NCBI GenBank assembly: GCA_900547235.1
Contig: URFP01000001.1
Coordinates: 53,359-117,358, forward strand
Direction of reading: 5' to 3'
Length of the DNA stretch: 64,000 nucleotides
DNA from: an uncultured Collinsella sp.
GTDB taxonomy: Bacteria; Actinomycetota; Coriobacteriia; Coriobacteriales; Coriobacteriaceae
The notes under the pieces were generated by a model. The model had not been told where the DNA came from. It worked only from the letters and a program-made list of their open reading frames with translations, and searched no databases. Positions 33,251 through 42,926 of the stretch are shown here, in pieces. The first letter of the stretch is position 1. Each line of letters begins with the position of its first letter. The translations under genes were made by a program, and so were the position numbers.

Positions 33251-34357
33251 ATGGCGATTACCATCGATATCGACACCGCACGCCCCTACCAGGTGCATGT
33301 TGGCACGTTTTTGCTGGAGCAGGCGGGACCGCTCGTGCGCGCCACTGCCGGCGGCACCAAGGCCGTCATCGTGACGGACACCAACGTGGGCCCGCTCTAC
33401 CAGATGCCCGTTAAGCAGAGCCTGGAGGCGTCAGGCTACGAGGTGAGCATCTGCACCTTCGAGGCCGGCGAGCCCCATAAGCGCGCCGAAACCTATGTTG
33501 CCATTTTGGAGTTTGTGGCCGAGCACGAGCTTTCGCGCTCCGACGTGATCGTGGCACTCGGCGGTGGTGTCGTGGGCGACGTGGCGGGCTTTGTGGCCGC
33601 CACCTACATGCGCGGCTGCAAGTTTGTGCAGATCCCGACGAGCCTGCTCGCCATGGTAGATTCGTCTGTGGGCGGCAAGACCGCCATCGACCTGGCTGCC
33701 GGCAAGAACTTGGCCGGCGCCTTTTGGCAGCCGAGCGTGGTCATTGCCGACGTGGGGTGCCTGGCCACCCTCACGCCCGAGCAGTTCGCTGACGGCTGCG
33801 GCGAGGTCGTCAAGCACGCCGTGATTGCCGATCCGGAGCTTTTCGCCGAGCTGGAGAAGACCCCGCTCACGCTGGAGCTGCTCAACCACGATGTGGCCCG
33901 CGTAGCACTCATCATCGCCCGCAACATCGACATCAAGCGCGCCGTGGTCGTCGCCGACGAGCGCGAGACTAACCAGCGTAAGCTCCTCAACTTTGGACAC
34001 AGCGCCGGACACGCCGTCGAAGCCTGCGAGCACTTTGAGCTCGGACACGGCAACTGCGTGTCGATCGGCATGGGTATCATCACGCGCGCCGCGGCCCTGC
34101 ACGGCGTCTGCGATGCTGCGCTGCCCGGTCGTATTGAGGAGCTCTGCGCCCGCCATGGCCTCAAGACCCGCTGCGGCCTAGATGCCGATGCCGTCTTTGC
34201 CGAAGCGCTCCACGACAAGAAGCGCGCGGGCGACACCATCGACCTGGTGATTCCGCACGGCATTGGCCGCTGCAGCATCGACCGCACGCCACTTTCCACT
34301 TTCCACGAACTCATTGCCGAGGGCCTCGGCCAGAAGGGAGACGCATCCGCATGCTAG
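33251..34357 (+). CDS. aroB: 3-dehydroquinate synthase
   Basis: GGGVVGD, PTSLLAMVDSSVGGKT, LNFGH. Confidence 0.95.
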   Translation: MAITIDIDTARPYQVHVGTFLLEQAGPLVRATAGGTKAVIVTDTNVGPLYQMPVKQSLEASGYEVSICTFEAGEPHKRAETYVAILEFVAEHELSRSDVIVALGGGVVGDVAGFVAATYMRGCKFVQIPTSLLAMVDSSVGGKTAIDLAAGKNLAGAFWQPSVVIADVGCLATLTPEQFADGCGEVVKHAVIADPELFAELEKTPLTLELLNHDVARVALIIARNIDIKRAVVVADERETNQRKLLNFGHSAGHAVEACEHFELGHGNCVSIGMGIITRAAALHGVCDAALPGRIEELCARHGLKTRCGLDADAVFAEALHDKKRAGDTIDLVIPHGIGRCSIDRTPLSTFHELIAEGLGQKGDASAC

Positions 34358-35670
34358 CCCGCATCACCCCGTCCCCGCTCAAGGGCACCGTTCCCGCCAT
34401 CGCGTCCAAGTCGATGGCGCATCGCCTCATCATCTGCGCTGCGCTTGCCAACGGCGAGACACACGTCACCTGCAACACCACCTGCGCCGACATCGAGGCC
34501 ACGGTGCGCTGCCTTACGGCACTGGGTGCTCGCATCGAGACCGTCGAGGACGGCTTCCAGGTCCACCCCACCATGAAGAGTGTTGAGTTTGGCCTGCTCA
34601 AGGCCCTTGCCGGCGGCACGCTTGACTGCGGTGAAAGTGGCTCCACGCTGCGCTTTATGCTGCCTGTCGCCTGCGCGCTGGGTGCGGATGCCACCTTCGT
34701 AGGCCAGGGCCGCCTGGGCGCCCGCCCGCTCTCCCCGCTCTCGGACGAGATCATCGCCGCCGGCTGCGACCTACAGGGTCTGGGCGGTTTTCCGCTCAAG
34801 ACGAGCGGCCGCATGCGCCCGGGCACCTTTGTGCTTCCGGGCAACGTGAGCTCGCAGTACATCTCGGGCCTGCTGCTGGCAGCCCCACTGCTGGCCCAGC
34901 CCTCCTGCGTGCAGGTAACCGGCCTCATTGAGAGCCGTCCCTACATCAACCTGACGATCCAGGCCATGAAGGCCTTTGGCGTCGAGGTCAACGTCGAGCG
35001 TATTCCGGCCAAGGACGGCCAGCCCGAGGTCACGAACTTCCGCGTGACCAGCGGCTCGTACCGCACGCCCGGCAGCGTTGCTGTCGAGGGCGACTGGTCC
35101 AACGCCGCCTTTTGGCTGTGCGCCGGTGCCATCGGCACCGACCCCATCACCGTCGAGGGCGTGTCGCTAAGCTCCGCACAGGGCGACCGTAACGTGCTTG
35201 CCGCGCTTTCGCGCTTTGGCGCCCGCATCGTGCGCTCCACCAACGCCGCCACCGTGCAGTCCGACAAGCTCGCCGGCTTTGAGATGAGTGCCCACGACAT
35301 TCCGGACCTGGTGCCCGTCATCTCGGCCGTGGCCTCGTTGGCACAGGGCCGCACCTTTATTCGCGATTGCGCCCGTCTGCGCATCAAGGAATCCGACCGT
35401 CTGGTCACCACCACCCGCGAGCTCACCGCGCTGGGCGCGCAGGTGCGCATTGCCGGCGATGACCTCATCATCAAGGGTGTCGATGCCTTCACCGGCGGCG
35501 AGGTCGATTCGCACAACGACCATCGCATCGCCATGATGGCCGCTATCGCCGCGAGCCGCGCCACCGGCGAGGTCGTGATCCACGGCGCCGAGGCCGTCAA
35601 CAAGTCCTATCCCGATTTCTTCGACCACTACCGCCTGCTGGGCGGCAAGGTCACACTCGAGGAGGAATAG
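34351..35670 (+). CDS. aroA: EPSP synthase
   Basis: SKSMAHR, ESGSTLRF, SSQYISGLL, KESDR, DHRIAM, KSYPDF. Confidence 0.95.
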   Translation: MLARITPSPLKGTVPAIASKSMAHRLIICAALANGETHVTCNTTCADIEATVRCLTALGARIETVEDGFQVHPTMKSVEFGLLKALAGGTLDCGESGSTLRFMLPVACALGADATFVGQGRLGARPLSPLSDEIIAAGCDLQGLGGFPLKTSGRMRPGTFVLPGNVSSQYISGLLLAAPLLAQPSCVQVTGLIESRPYINLTIQAMKAFGVEVNVERIPAKDGQPEVTNFRVTSGSYRTPGSVAVEGDWSNAAFWLCAGAIGTDPITVEGVSLSSAQGDRNVLAALSRFGARIVRSTNAATVQSDKLAGFEMSAHDIPDLVPVISAVASLAQGRTFIRDCARLRIKESDRLVTTTRELTALGAQVRIAGDDLIIKGVDAFTGGEVDSHNDHRIAMMAAIAASRATGEVVIHGAEAVNKSYPDFFDHYRLLGGKVTLEEE

Positions 35671-35671
35671 C

Positions 35672-36769
35672 ATGTCCTCGACCTTTGGCAACGTCTTGCA
35701 CGTAAGCATCTTCGGCCAGTCGCACTCCCCCGCCATCGGCTGCTCCCTCGATGGCATTCCGGCGGGCATCGCTGTTGACCAAGAGCAGCTGCAGGCCTTC
35801 CTTGACCGTCGTGCCCCCGGTCGCGACGAGACCGCGACCAAACGCCGCGAGGCCGACGCCGCCCACATCATCGCCGGTGTGGTCGATGGACATACCACCG
35901 GCGCGCCCATCGCCGCGATTATCGAGAACACCAACACGCGCTCCAAGGATTACTCCGAACTGCGCCGCAAGCCCCGCCCCGGACATGCGGACTTCCCTGC
36001 GCGCGTGAAGTATCACAACATGCACGATGTCGCCGGCGGCGGACACTTCTCCGGCCGCCTAACGGCACCCCTGTGCATCGCCGGCGGCATTGCGCTGCAG
36101 GCACTCGAGGCCCGCGGCATTAAAGTGATGGCGCATGTAGCGCAGATCGGCGGCATCTCCGACCTGCCGATGGACGACATGGTCTATCGCGAGGCCGACC
36201 GCAAGGCGATCCTTACGAACGATCTGCCGTGCATTGACGCCGCCGCCGCCGGCCGCATGCACGAGGAAATCCTAGCCGCGCGCGACGAACTCGACAGCAT
36301 CGGCGGCATCGTGGAGTGCGGCATTTACGGGCTTCCTGCGGGCATCGGCGACCCCATGTTCGATGGCATCGAGAACCGCATCGCGCAAATCGCGTTTGGC
36401 ATTCCCGCCGTAAAGGGCGTGGAGTTTGGCATGGGCTTTGCCGTGGCCGCCATGCGTGGCAGCGAGAACAACGATCCGTATCGCATCGATGCCGAGACCG
36501 GCGAGATCGAGGTCGAGTCCAACAACGCCGGCGGCATCCTGGGCGGTATTTCGACCGGCGCGCCCGTCATGTGGCGCATGGCCGTAAAGCCGACGCCCTC
36601 AATTGGCCGCGAGCAGCAGACGGTGGACATGGACGCTATGGAAAATGCCGAGCTCTCGGTCCACGGCCGCCACGATCCCTGCATCGTCCCCCGAGCCGTC
36701 CCCGTAGCCGAAGCAGCCGCCGCCCTCGCCATCTGGGACGCCCTCCTCGAAGACGCCGCCCAGCGCTAA
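35672..36769 (+). CDS. aroC: Chorismate synthase
   Basis: GQSH, PRPGHAD, GGHFSGR, NNAGGILGGIS, GRHDPCI. Confidence 0.96.
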   Translation: MSSTFGNVLHVSIFGQSHSPAIGCSLDGIPAGIAVDQEQLQAFLDRRAPGRDETATKRREADAAHIIAGVVDGHTTGAPIAAIIENTNTRSKDYSELRRKPRPGHADFPARVKYHNMHDVAGGGHFSGRLTAPLCIAGGIALQALEARGIKVMAHVAQIGGISDLPMDDMVYREADRKAILTNDLPCIDAAAAGRMHEEILAARDELDSIGGIVECGIYGLPAGIGDPMFDGIENRIAQIAFGIPAVKGVEFGMGFAVAAMRGSENNDPYRIDAETGEIEVESNNAGGILGGISTGAPVMWRMAVKPTPSIGREQQTVDMDAMENAELSVHGRHDPCIVPRAVPVAEAAAALAIWDALLEDAAQR

Positions 36770-36812
36770 CTACCCACCCCTCAACATCCCCCGACACGTG
36801 AAAGGGGTCTCC

Positions 36813-37958
36813 ATGGACCTTGCTGACATCCGCCAGGCCATCGATGGCATCGACACCACTCTCCTCAACAGCTTTGTCGAGCGCATGGACATTGCCACCG
36901 AGGTCGCCAAGTCAAAAATCGAGATGGGCAAGGCCGTCTTCGACCCCGCCCGTGAGCGCTCCAAGCTCAACAACCTCGCCAGCCGCGCACCCGAGCGCTA
37001 CGAGGCGCAGACCATCACGCTATTCCGCCTCCTCATGAGCATGAGCAAGGCCGAGCAGCAGCGCTACATCAACGAACTCAAGGGCATCACCGTCTCGCAA
37101 CAGGCCCACGCTACGGCCGTGGCCTTTGACACGCCTTTCCCCCAGACGGCCACCGTCGCCTGCCAGGGCGTCGAAGGCGCCTACAGCCAGATCGCCGCGT
37201 GCAAGCTCTTCGACGTGCCCGATATCGCGTTCTTCGAGACCTTCGAGGGCGTTATGCGCGCCGTGCGCGACGGCTTCTGCGAGTTTGGCGTACTGCCCAT
37301 CGAAAACTCCACCGCAGGTTCCGTCAACGCCGTCTACGACCTGCTCGCGCAGTTCGACTTCCATATCGTGCGCTCGCTGCGCCTCAAGATCGACCACAAT
37401 CTGCTCGTCAAGCCCGGCACCAAGCTCTCAGACGTGCGCGAGGTTTACAGCCACGGCCAAGCCATTGCCCAGTGCGCCGGCTATATCGAGAACCGAAACC
37501 TGCACGCCACCAAGTACCCCAACACGGCCATGTCGGCCGAGATGGTTGCCAACTCCGAGCGCGCCGACGTCGCCGCCATCGCCTCGCGCAGCTGCGCCGC
37601 GCTGTATGGCCTGGAGATACTGGAGCCCAACATCCAGGACTCGGACAACAACTACACGCGCTTTGTCGTCATCAGCCGCGAGCCGCGCGTCTATCCCGGT
37701 GCCAACCGCACCTCGCTCATGATCACCACGGCCAACGAGCCGGGCGCACTCTACCGCGTGCTCGAGCGCTTCTACGCCCTCAACATCAACCTCATCAAGC
37801 TCGAGAGTCGCCCCATCCCCGGCCGCGACTTTGAATTTATGTTCTACTTTGACCTGGACTGCCCCTTTGGCAGCAGGGCCCTCGACGACCTGCTCGATTC
37901 CATCGACGACGTGTGCGAGAGCTTTACCTACTTTGGCAGCTACACGGAGGTGCTCTAG
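36813..37958 (+). CDS. pheA: Chorismate mutase / prephenate dehydratase
   Basis: N-terminal AroQ-type mutase (IRQAIDGID..RE), PIENS, NYTRF, ACT domain with KLESRP. Confidence 0.93.
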   Translation: MDLADIRQAIDGIDTTLLNSFVERMDIATEVAKSKIEMGKAVFDPARERSKLNNLASRAPERYEAQTITLFRLLMSMSKAEQQRYINELKGITVSQQAHATAVAFDTPFPQTATVACQGVEGAYSQIAACKLFDVPDIAFFETFEGVMRAVRDGFCEFGVLPIENSTAGSVNAVYDLLAQFDFHIVRSLRLKIDHNLLVKPGTKLSDVREVYSHGQAIAQCAGYIENRNLHATKYPNTAMSAEMVANSERADVAAIASRSCAALYGLEILEPNIQDSDNNYTRFVVISREPRVYPGANRTSLMITTANEPGALYRVLERFYALNINLIKLESRPIPGRDFEFMFYFDLDCPFGSRALDDLLDSIDDVCESFTYFGSYTEVL

Positions 37959-39209
37959 ATGGCCGATGCCGCCGCAACCCGCCCCTACGGCGTGCTGGGC
38001 CGCGTGCTGGGCCACAGCTACACCCCGACCATCTACAAGGAGCTCGCAGGGCTCGAGTACGTGCGATTTGAGCGCGAGCCCGAAGACCTTCAGGCCTTTA
38101 TGATGGGCGACGAATGGGAGGGCACCAACGTGACCATCCCCTACAAGCGCGCCGTCATGGAATACTTGGACGAGCTGAGTCCGCTCGCCGAGCGCATGGG
38201 CAACGTCAACACCATCACACGCCTGCCTGACGGTTGTTTGCGCGGCGACAACACCGACTACTTTGGTTTTCAGTGTCTGGTCGAGGAGTTGGGCGTAGAG
38301 GTTGCCGGCAAGAAGGCCCTCGTGCTCGGTGCCACCGGTGGCGCCGGCACCACTGCCAGCATGGTGCTCGGCGACCTGGGCGCCATCGTCGTGCCGGTCG
38401 GCCGCACGAGCGAAGTCAACTACGACAACATCGCGCAGCAGTCCGACGCCGCACTGCTCGTCAACTGCACGCCCGCCGGCATGTTCCCCCACTGTCCCGA
38501 TGCCCCCTGCACGCTCGAGGGGCTCGATGCGCTCGAGGGCGTCATCGACATTGTCTACAACCCCGCTCGCACGGGACTCATGCTCGAGGCCGAGCGCCGC
38601 GGCATTCCCTGCATCGGCGGCCTGCTCATGCTCGTGGCCCAAGCGGCACAGGCCGTCGAGCGCTATACCGGCCAGGTCACCCCGCGCGAGCGCATCCTGG
38701 ACGTAACGGAGCGCTTGTCACGCCGTGAACAGAACATCGCGCTGATCGGCATGCCAGGCTCGGGCAAGACCCGTGTGGGTGAGCAGATCGCCCTGCTCAC
38801 GGGTCGCGAGCACATCGACCTGGACCGCGCCCTCGAGGAGCGCCTGGGGATGCCCTGTGCCGACTATATCGTCGAGCGCGGCGAGGCGGCCTTCCGCGAG
38901 CAGGAGACGGGGGCGCTGGCCGGCATCTCCAAGTGCAGCGGCCTGGTGCTTTCCACGGGCGGCGGCGTGGTCACGCGCGACGAGAACTACCCGCTACTGC
39001 ACCAGAACAGCCAGATCGTGATGCTCAACCGTAAGCTCGACGAACTCGCCCACAAGGGACGCCCCATCACCGCCCGCGACGGTATCGACAAGCTGGCCGA
39101 GCAGCGCATGCCGCGCTACCGCGCCTGGGCCGACTACATCATCGACTCACGCGACTGCGCCGCCAACACCGCCCAAGCCCTCCTCGACACCCTCCCATCC
39201 GCTCTCTAA
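37959..39209 (+). CDS. Fused shikimate dehydrogenase / shikimate kinase (AroE-AroK)
   Basis: HSYTP, NVTIPYK, VNT, DNTD (AroE), then GMPGSGKT, FREQE, STGGG (AroK). Confidence 0.9.
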   Translation: MADAAATRPYGVLGRVLGHSYTPTIYKELAGLEYVRFEREPEDLQAFMMGDEWEGTNVTIPYKRAVMEYLDELSPLAERMGNVNTITRLPDGCLRGDNTDYFGFQCLVEELGVEVAGKKALVLGATGGAGTTASMVLGDLGAIVVPVGRTSEVNYDNIAQQSDAALLVNCTPAGMFPHCPDAPCTLEGLDALEGVIDIVYNPARTGLMLEAERRGIPCIGGLLMLVAQAAQAVERYTGQVTPRERILDVTERLSRREQNIALIGMPGSGKTRVGEQIALLTGREHIDLDRALEERLGMPCADYIVERGEAAFREQETGALAGISKCSGLVLSTGGGVVTRDENYPLLHQNSQIVMLNRKLDELAHKGRPITARDGIDKLAEQRMPRYRAWADYIIDSRDCAANTAQALLDTLPSAL

Positions 39210-39211
39210 TC

Positions 39212-39252
39212 AAAACCACCGCAAAGGGGACAGGCACCTTTGTGGTGGTTTT
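39212..39252. repeat. 16-bp palindrome with a GGGACAGG core (REP-like or terminator)
   Basis: AAAACCACCGCAAAGG-GGACAGGCA-CCTTTGTGGTGGTTTT, with one imperfect pair. Confidence 0.6.
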
Positions 39253-39273
39253 CCAACCGCAAAGGAAGCAACC

Positions 39274-39711
39274 ATGAAAGCACTCGTCATCAACGGTCCC
39301 AACCTCAACATGCTCGGCATTCGCGAGCCGGGCATCTACGGCAGTGATAACTACGACCACCTGGTCCAGATTTGCCAGGAGGCAGGCGCCACGCAGGGCT
39401 TTGACGAGGTCGAGGTCTTCCAGTCCAACCATGAGGGCTGCATCGTCGACAAGATCCAAGAGGCCTACGGCAAGGTCGATGGTATCGTCATCAATCCGGC
39501 TGCCTACACGCACACGAGCGTGGCCATCCTGGACGCGCTCAAGGCCGTCGCCATCCCGGCTGTGGAGGTCCACATCAGCGCTGTCGAGACCCGCGAGGAC
39601 TTCCGCCAGGTGAGCTACGCCCGCCTGGCCTGCTTCGCCACCATCACCGGCGAGGGCTTGCAGGGCTACGCCCACGCGCTGGAGCTGCTGAAAGGGTATC
39701 TGCTACACTAA
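39274..39711 (+). CDS. aroQ: Type II 3-dehydroquinate dehydratase
   Basis: NGPNLNMLGIREPGIYG, QSNHEG, INPAAYTHTS, EVHIS. Confidence 0.96.
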   Translation: MKALVINGPNLNMLGIREPGIYGSDNYDHLVQICQEAGATQGFDEVEVFQSNHEGCIVDKIQEAYGKVDGIVINPAAYTHTSVAILDALKAVAIPAVEVHISAVETREDFRQVSYARLACFATITGEGLQGYAHALELLKGYLLH

Positions 39712-39789
39712 TCATTGGGGGAAATAAGTCAGAAACGTTTGTCCCTAAACTAAAGTAACTGTCCAATTGACATACAAAGGAGCATATCC

Positions 39790-40914
39790 ATGTCCCAGTA
39801 CGATTACCTTGTCGTCGGTGCCGGCCTTTCGGGCGCCGTCTTTGCCAATGCCGCCAAGCGCGCCGGCAAGTCGGTCCTGGTCATCGATCGCCGCGATCAC
39901 ATTGCCGGCAATATCTACACCGAGGACGTCGAGGGCATCCAGGTCCACCGCTACGGCGCGCATATCTTCCACACTTCCATGAAGGATGTTTGGGACTACG
40001 TCAACCGCTTCGCCGAGTTCAACAACTACGTCAACTCGCCGGTAGCCAACTTCCACGGCAACATGTACAATATGCCCTTCAACATGAACACCTTCGCCAA
40101 GATGTGGCCGGGCGTCGTCACGCCGGCCGACGCCAAGGCCAAGATCGCCGAGCAGGTGGCCGCCGAGAACATCGGCGAGCCTCAGAACCTCGAGGAGCAG
40201 GCGCTGTCGCTCGTCGGCCGCGACATCTTCGAGACGCTCGTGAAGGGCTACACCGAGAAGCAGTGGGGCCGCGACTGCAAGGACCTGCCCGCGAGCATCA
40301 TAAAGCGCCTCCCCTGCCGCTTCACCTACGACAACAACTACTTCAACGACCGCTATCAGGGCATCCCCATGGGCGGCTACACCAAGATGGTCGCCAACAT
40401 GCTCGAGGGCGTCGAGGTGAGCTGCGGCGTGGAGTACAAGGAGCTGGCCGCCGCCGAGCCCGATATCGCCGTCAAGACGATCTACTGCGGCCCCATCGAC
40501 GCGTTCTACGACTTTAAGCTGGGCACGCTCGAGTACCGCAGCCTGCGCTTCGAGACCGAGACGCTCAACGAGCAGGACCACCAGGGCGTGGCCGTGGTCA
40601 ACTACACCGAGCGCGAGGTCCCCTACACCCGCATCATCGAGCACAAGCACTTCGAGTTCGGCACGCAGGACAAGACCGTCATCACTCGCGAGTACCCGGC
40701 CGACTGGAAGCCCGGCGACGAGCCCTACTACCCCATCAACGACGCCAAGAACGAGGCCCTCTACAAGCAGTACGAGGAGCTGGCTGCGCAGGAGGGCAAC
40801 GTGGTCTTTGCCGGTCGTCTGGGCGGCTACAAGTACTACGACATGGACAAGGCCATCGCCGCAGCCTTCGAGCTTGTCCGCAACGAACTGGGCGTGGAGC
40901 CGACTGAGGCGTAG
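39790..40914 (+). CDS. glf: UDP-galactopyranose mutase
   Basis: VGAGLSG, HRYGAHIFHT, YTEKQWG, YTRIIEHKHF, GRLGGYKYYDMD. Confidence 0.96.
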   Translation: MSQYDYLVVGAGLSGAVFANAAKRAGKSVLVIDRRDHIAGNIYTEDVEGIQVHRYGAHIFHTSMKDVWDYVNRFAEFNNYVNSPVANFHGNMYNMPFNMNTFAKMWPGVVTPADAKAKIAEQVAAENIGEPQNLEEQALSLVGRDIFETLVKGYTEKQWGRDCKDLPASIIKRLPCRFTYDNNYFNDRYQGIPMGGYTKMVANMLEGVEVSCGVEYKELAAAEPDIAVKTIYCGPIDAFYDFKLGTLEYRSLRFETETLNEQDHQGVAVVNYTEREVPYTRIIEHKHFEFGTQDKTVITREYPADWKPGDEPYYPINDAKNEALYKQYEELAAQEGNVVFAGRLGGYKYYDMDKAIAAAFELVRNELGVEPTEA

Positions 40915-40955
40915 AGACAAAGGCGCATTAGCTAGCCACCATAAGCAAACAGAAT

Positions 40956-40985
40956 GCCCGGTGCAGCGCGAATGCTGCACCGGGC
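40956..40985 (+). terminator. Hairpin after glf
   Basis: Perfect 12-bp stem GCCCGGTGCAGC/GCTGCACCGGGC; poor U-tract. Confidence 0.55.
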
Positions 40986-41179
40986 TGGCTTTGGGCATCC
41001 CCATCATTATGGAACTCTTAGCCACCGGACTCGTTCCGCTCTTCCACACCGCCATGCTTTCAGCAGCGTTTCTGTTCCTGTGCGGACTCTCGCTCACTAC
41101 GGGCTTTATCCTGGACTCCGTAGCCAAAGTGGACAGCAAGCAGTGGGAACTGAGGATAAATGCGGAGAGCACCGATTAA
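40982..41179 (+). pseudogene. 3' remnant of a GT2 polyprenol-phosphate glycosyltransferase, paralogous to 50172-51101
   Basis: Translation matches the C-terminus of 50172-51101 at 42 of 57 residues (hand alignment); catalytic domain absent. Confidence 0.85.
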
Positions 41180-41246
41180 TACCCTTGCATGAAATCACAA
41201 AGTTATAGTTTTGAATTAAAAAATAGGAGTAATGCTGATTTTGATA

Positions 41247-42851
41247 TCAGTTCAACTGAGTCCATTCATACAGAACCTGGTTCCGTAGGTAAGACGCAGG
41301 CGGCCTTTCAATCATTTCATTAGCTTGATTTTCTATTCTGGTCAACCGAATGCGACCTTCATTTGAAATACCATAATAGTCAAAATATGCCGTAGCTGTT
41401 TTATATAGATCTACGTTCTTTTTCTGCATATCGATTAATTCAAGAAGACATTCTTCCGCATCATCTCTCATATCCATGCAATATAAGGAACCAATCTTTA
41501 ATAGCTGTAACTCAGAAGTTACACTTCGCAAGCGTAAAGAATCAGCAGTATCCACAACACTGGCATATTCGCCCTCGTCACATAATCTGAGCAAATAATT
41601 CTCAGTCACTTCGGGGTCTTTTTCAAAACACGAAGGACCTCTATCTCCCACTTCAATCAAATAGCTTCTATAACATGTAATGATCGTAAGGCCGAAGATT
41701 ATCGAAAGACATAAGAGGAGGCAGCCTTTATTAGCCCAGTTAGTAAATCCGAAGGATAATTCTTTTATAGAATATTTTTCATTTCCGCGAGACAAAAACA
41801 GAACTAACAGTAAATCAATGAAACCGAATTGGATGTCAATATCAACCATAAAATGAAGCAGCATTAAAACAGTGCCAGCAACCACGAATGAGCTATGGGG
41901 AATATTGCTACGCTCCTTAAATATGCAGATTATACGCGTGATACAGAACCATAAAAATGCAGTAAGCGCGAAAATGCCACCGTCAAGCAGAATTTGAAGA
42001 TAACCACAATGGATGACATTGGCAGAGTATTGCGCACTTTGAACGAATCGATACGATTGTCGCCAAGCACCAGGGCCGATTCCGATAAAAGGGCTAGACC
42101 CAGCCAATCTAAGTCCATCGTATATTTGAATAATTCGCTCAATAAATGTCTGCACCGACTCCACAATACGTCCCGACATCATGTCATAAATACACAATAT
42201 GAGGACAAGCCCGAACACGGCGAGCAAAAATGAGGCCATAGACCGCTTTTCCAATATCAAATAAATCATAAGGCCAATAACGACCAATATGGCAACGGCG
42301 ACCGAACGCGTCAGGACAAGCGCAATAAATGGCACTAGACAATCAATTTTTGTAAACAAAGGACTATCGAGCAGTAATAAAAATGAAAGCGCAAACCAAA
42401 CGGCAGCTGTATTAGCGTATTGAAAAAACGCCTGAAGACGACCAGCGCTAACATAACCAAAAAAAGAAGGGAAAACAAAAAAAAGTAAAATAGCAGCTGC
42501 AGAAGAAATGAAACAGATGTAGCGTAATCCCCCAATCAGGTAATTGAAATCAAAATCATCAACCGAAGTAAAAACAAATGACGAAGACAGGAACATGCAA
42601 TAAGGGGCAAGATGAGCAAGCGAGTAGGAGCCGTAACCGCATGCAAAAGAAGATATAAGCCCAAGAAATACCATGGCAGCCATGCTTATATTTCTTTGGA
42701 AATTTAGAATTTCGAATTTCGAGCGATCAATAACTATAATTGACAACAGAAAAATGGAAGCAATAAAAGAAATGCTAGAATTATAGCCCCCTTGGAGTAA
42801 AAGAATAGCCCCGAGTAAACACAACAGTGTCCAAAGAGTTCTTTTATTCAA
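41247..42851 (-). CDS. O-antigen ligase-like (Wzy_C/WaaL) polytopic membrane protein
   Basis: Many TMs, GRLQAFFQYANT, LTRS, ER..IY.....PFIGIGPGAW, HCGYLQILLDGGI; helical C-terminus; TTG start at 42851 with GAGG RBS inferred. Confidence 0.8.
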   Translation of the reverse strand: MNKRTLWTLLCLLGAILLLQGGYNSSISFIASIFLLSIIVIDRSKFEILNFQRNISMAAMVFLGLISSFACGYGSYSLAHLAPYCMFLSSSFVFTSVDDFDFNYLIGGLRYICFISSAAAILLFFVFPSFFGYVSAGRLQAFFQYANTAAVWFALSFLLLLDSPLFTKIDCLVPFIALVLTRSVAVAILVVIGLMIYLILEKRSMASFLLAVFGLVLILCIYDMMSGRIVESVQTFIERIIQIYDGLRLAGSSPFIGIGPGAWRQSYRFVQSAQYSANVIHCGYLQILLDGGIFALTAFLWFCITRIICIFKERSNIPHSSFVVAGTVLMLLHFMVDIDIQFGFIDLLLVLFLSRGNEKYSIKELSFGFTNWANKGCLLLCLSIIFGLTIITCYRSYLIEVGDRGPSCFEKDPEVTENYLLRLCDEGEYASVVDTADSLRLRSVTSELQLLKIGSLYCMDMRDDAEECLLELIDMQKKNVDLYKTATAYFDYYGISNEGRIRLTRIENQANEMIERPPASYLRNQVLYEWTQLN

Positions 42852-42871
42852 TTCAACTACCTCGTCGTATA

Positions 42872-42909
42872 TAAATAAAAAACGGAGACCCCTGATGGAG
42901 TCTCCGTTT
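42872..42909 (-). terminator. Intrinsic terminator between the large SLH gene and the ligase-like gene
   Basis: AAACGGAGAC/GTCTCCGTTT stem followed by TTTATTTAT on the minus strand. Confidence 0.75.
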
Positions 42910-42926
42910 AACCCAATCAGCAAGGT

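Noticed and set aside
42852..42923. ORF-track N-terminal extension of the ligase-like gene (similar extensions for rpsP, wzm, aroF, fnlC and the cyclophilin)
   Set aside because: The extension runs through a terminator hairpin; downstream starts have better RBS support and family-typical N-termini.
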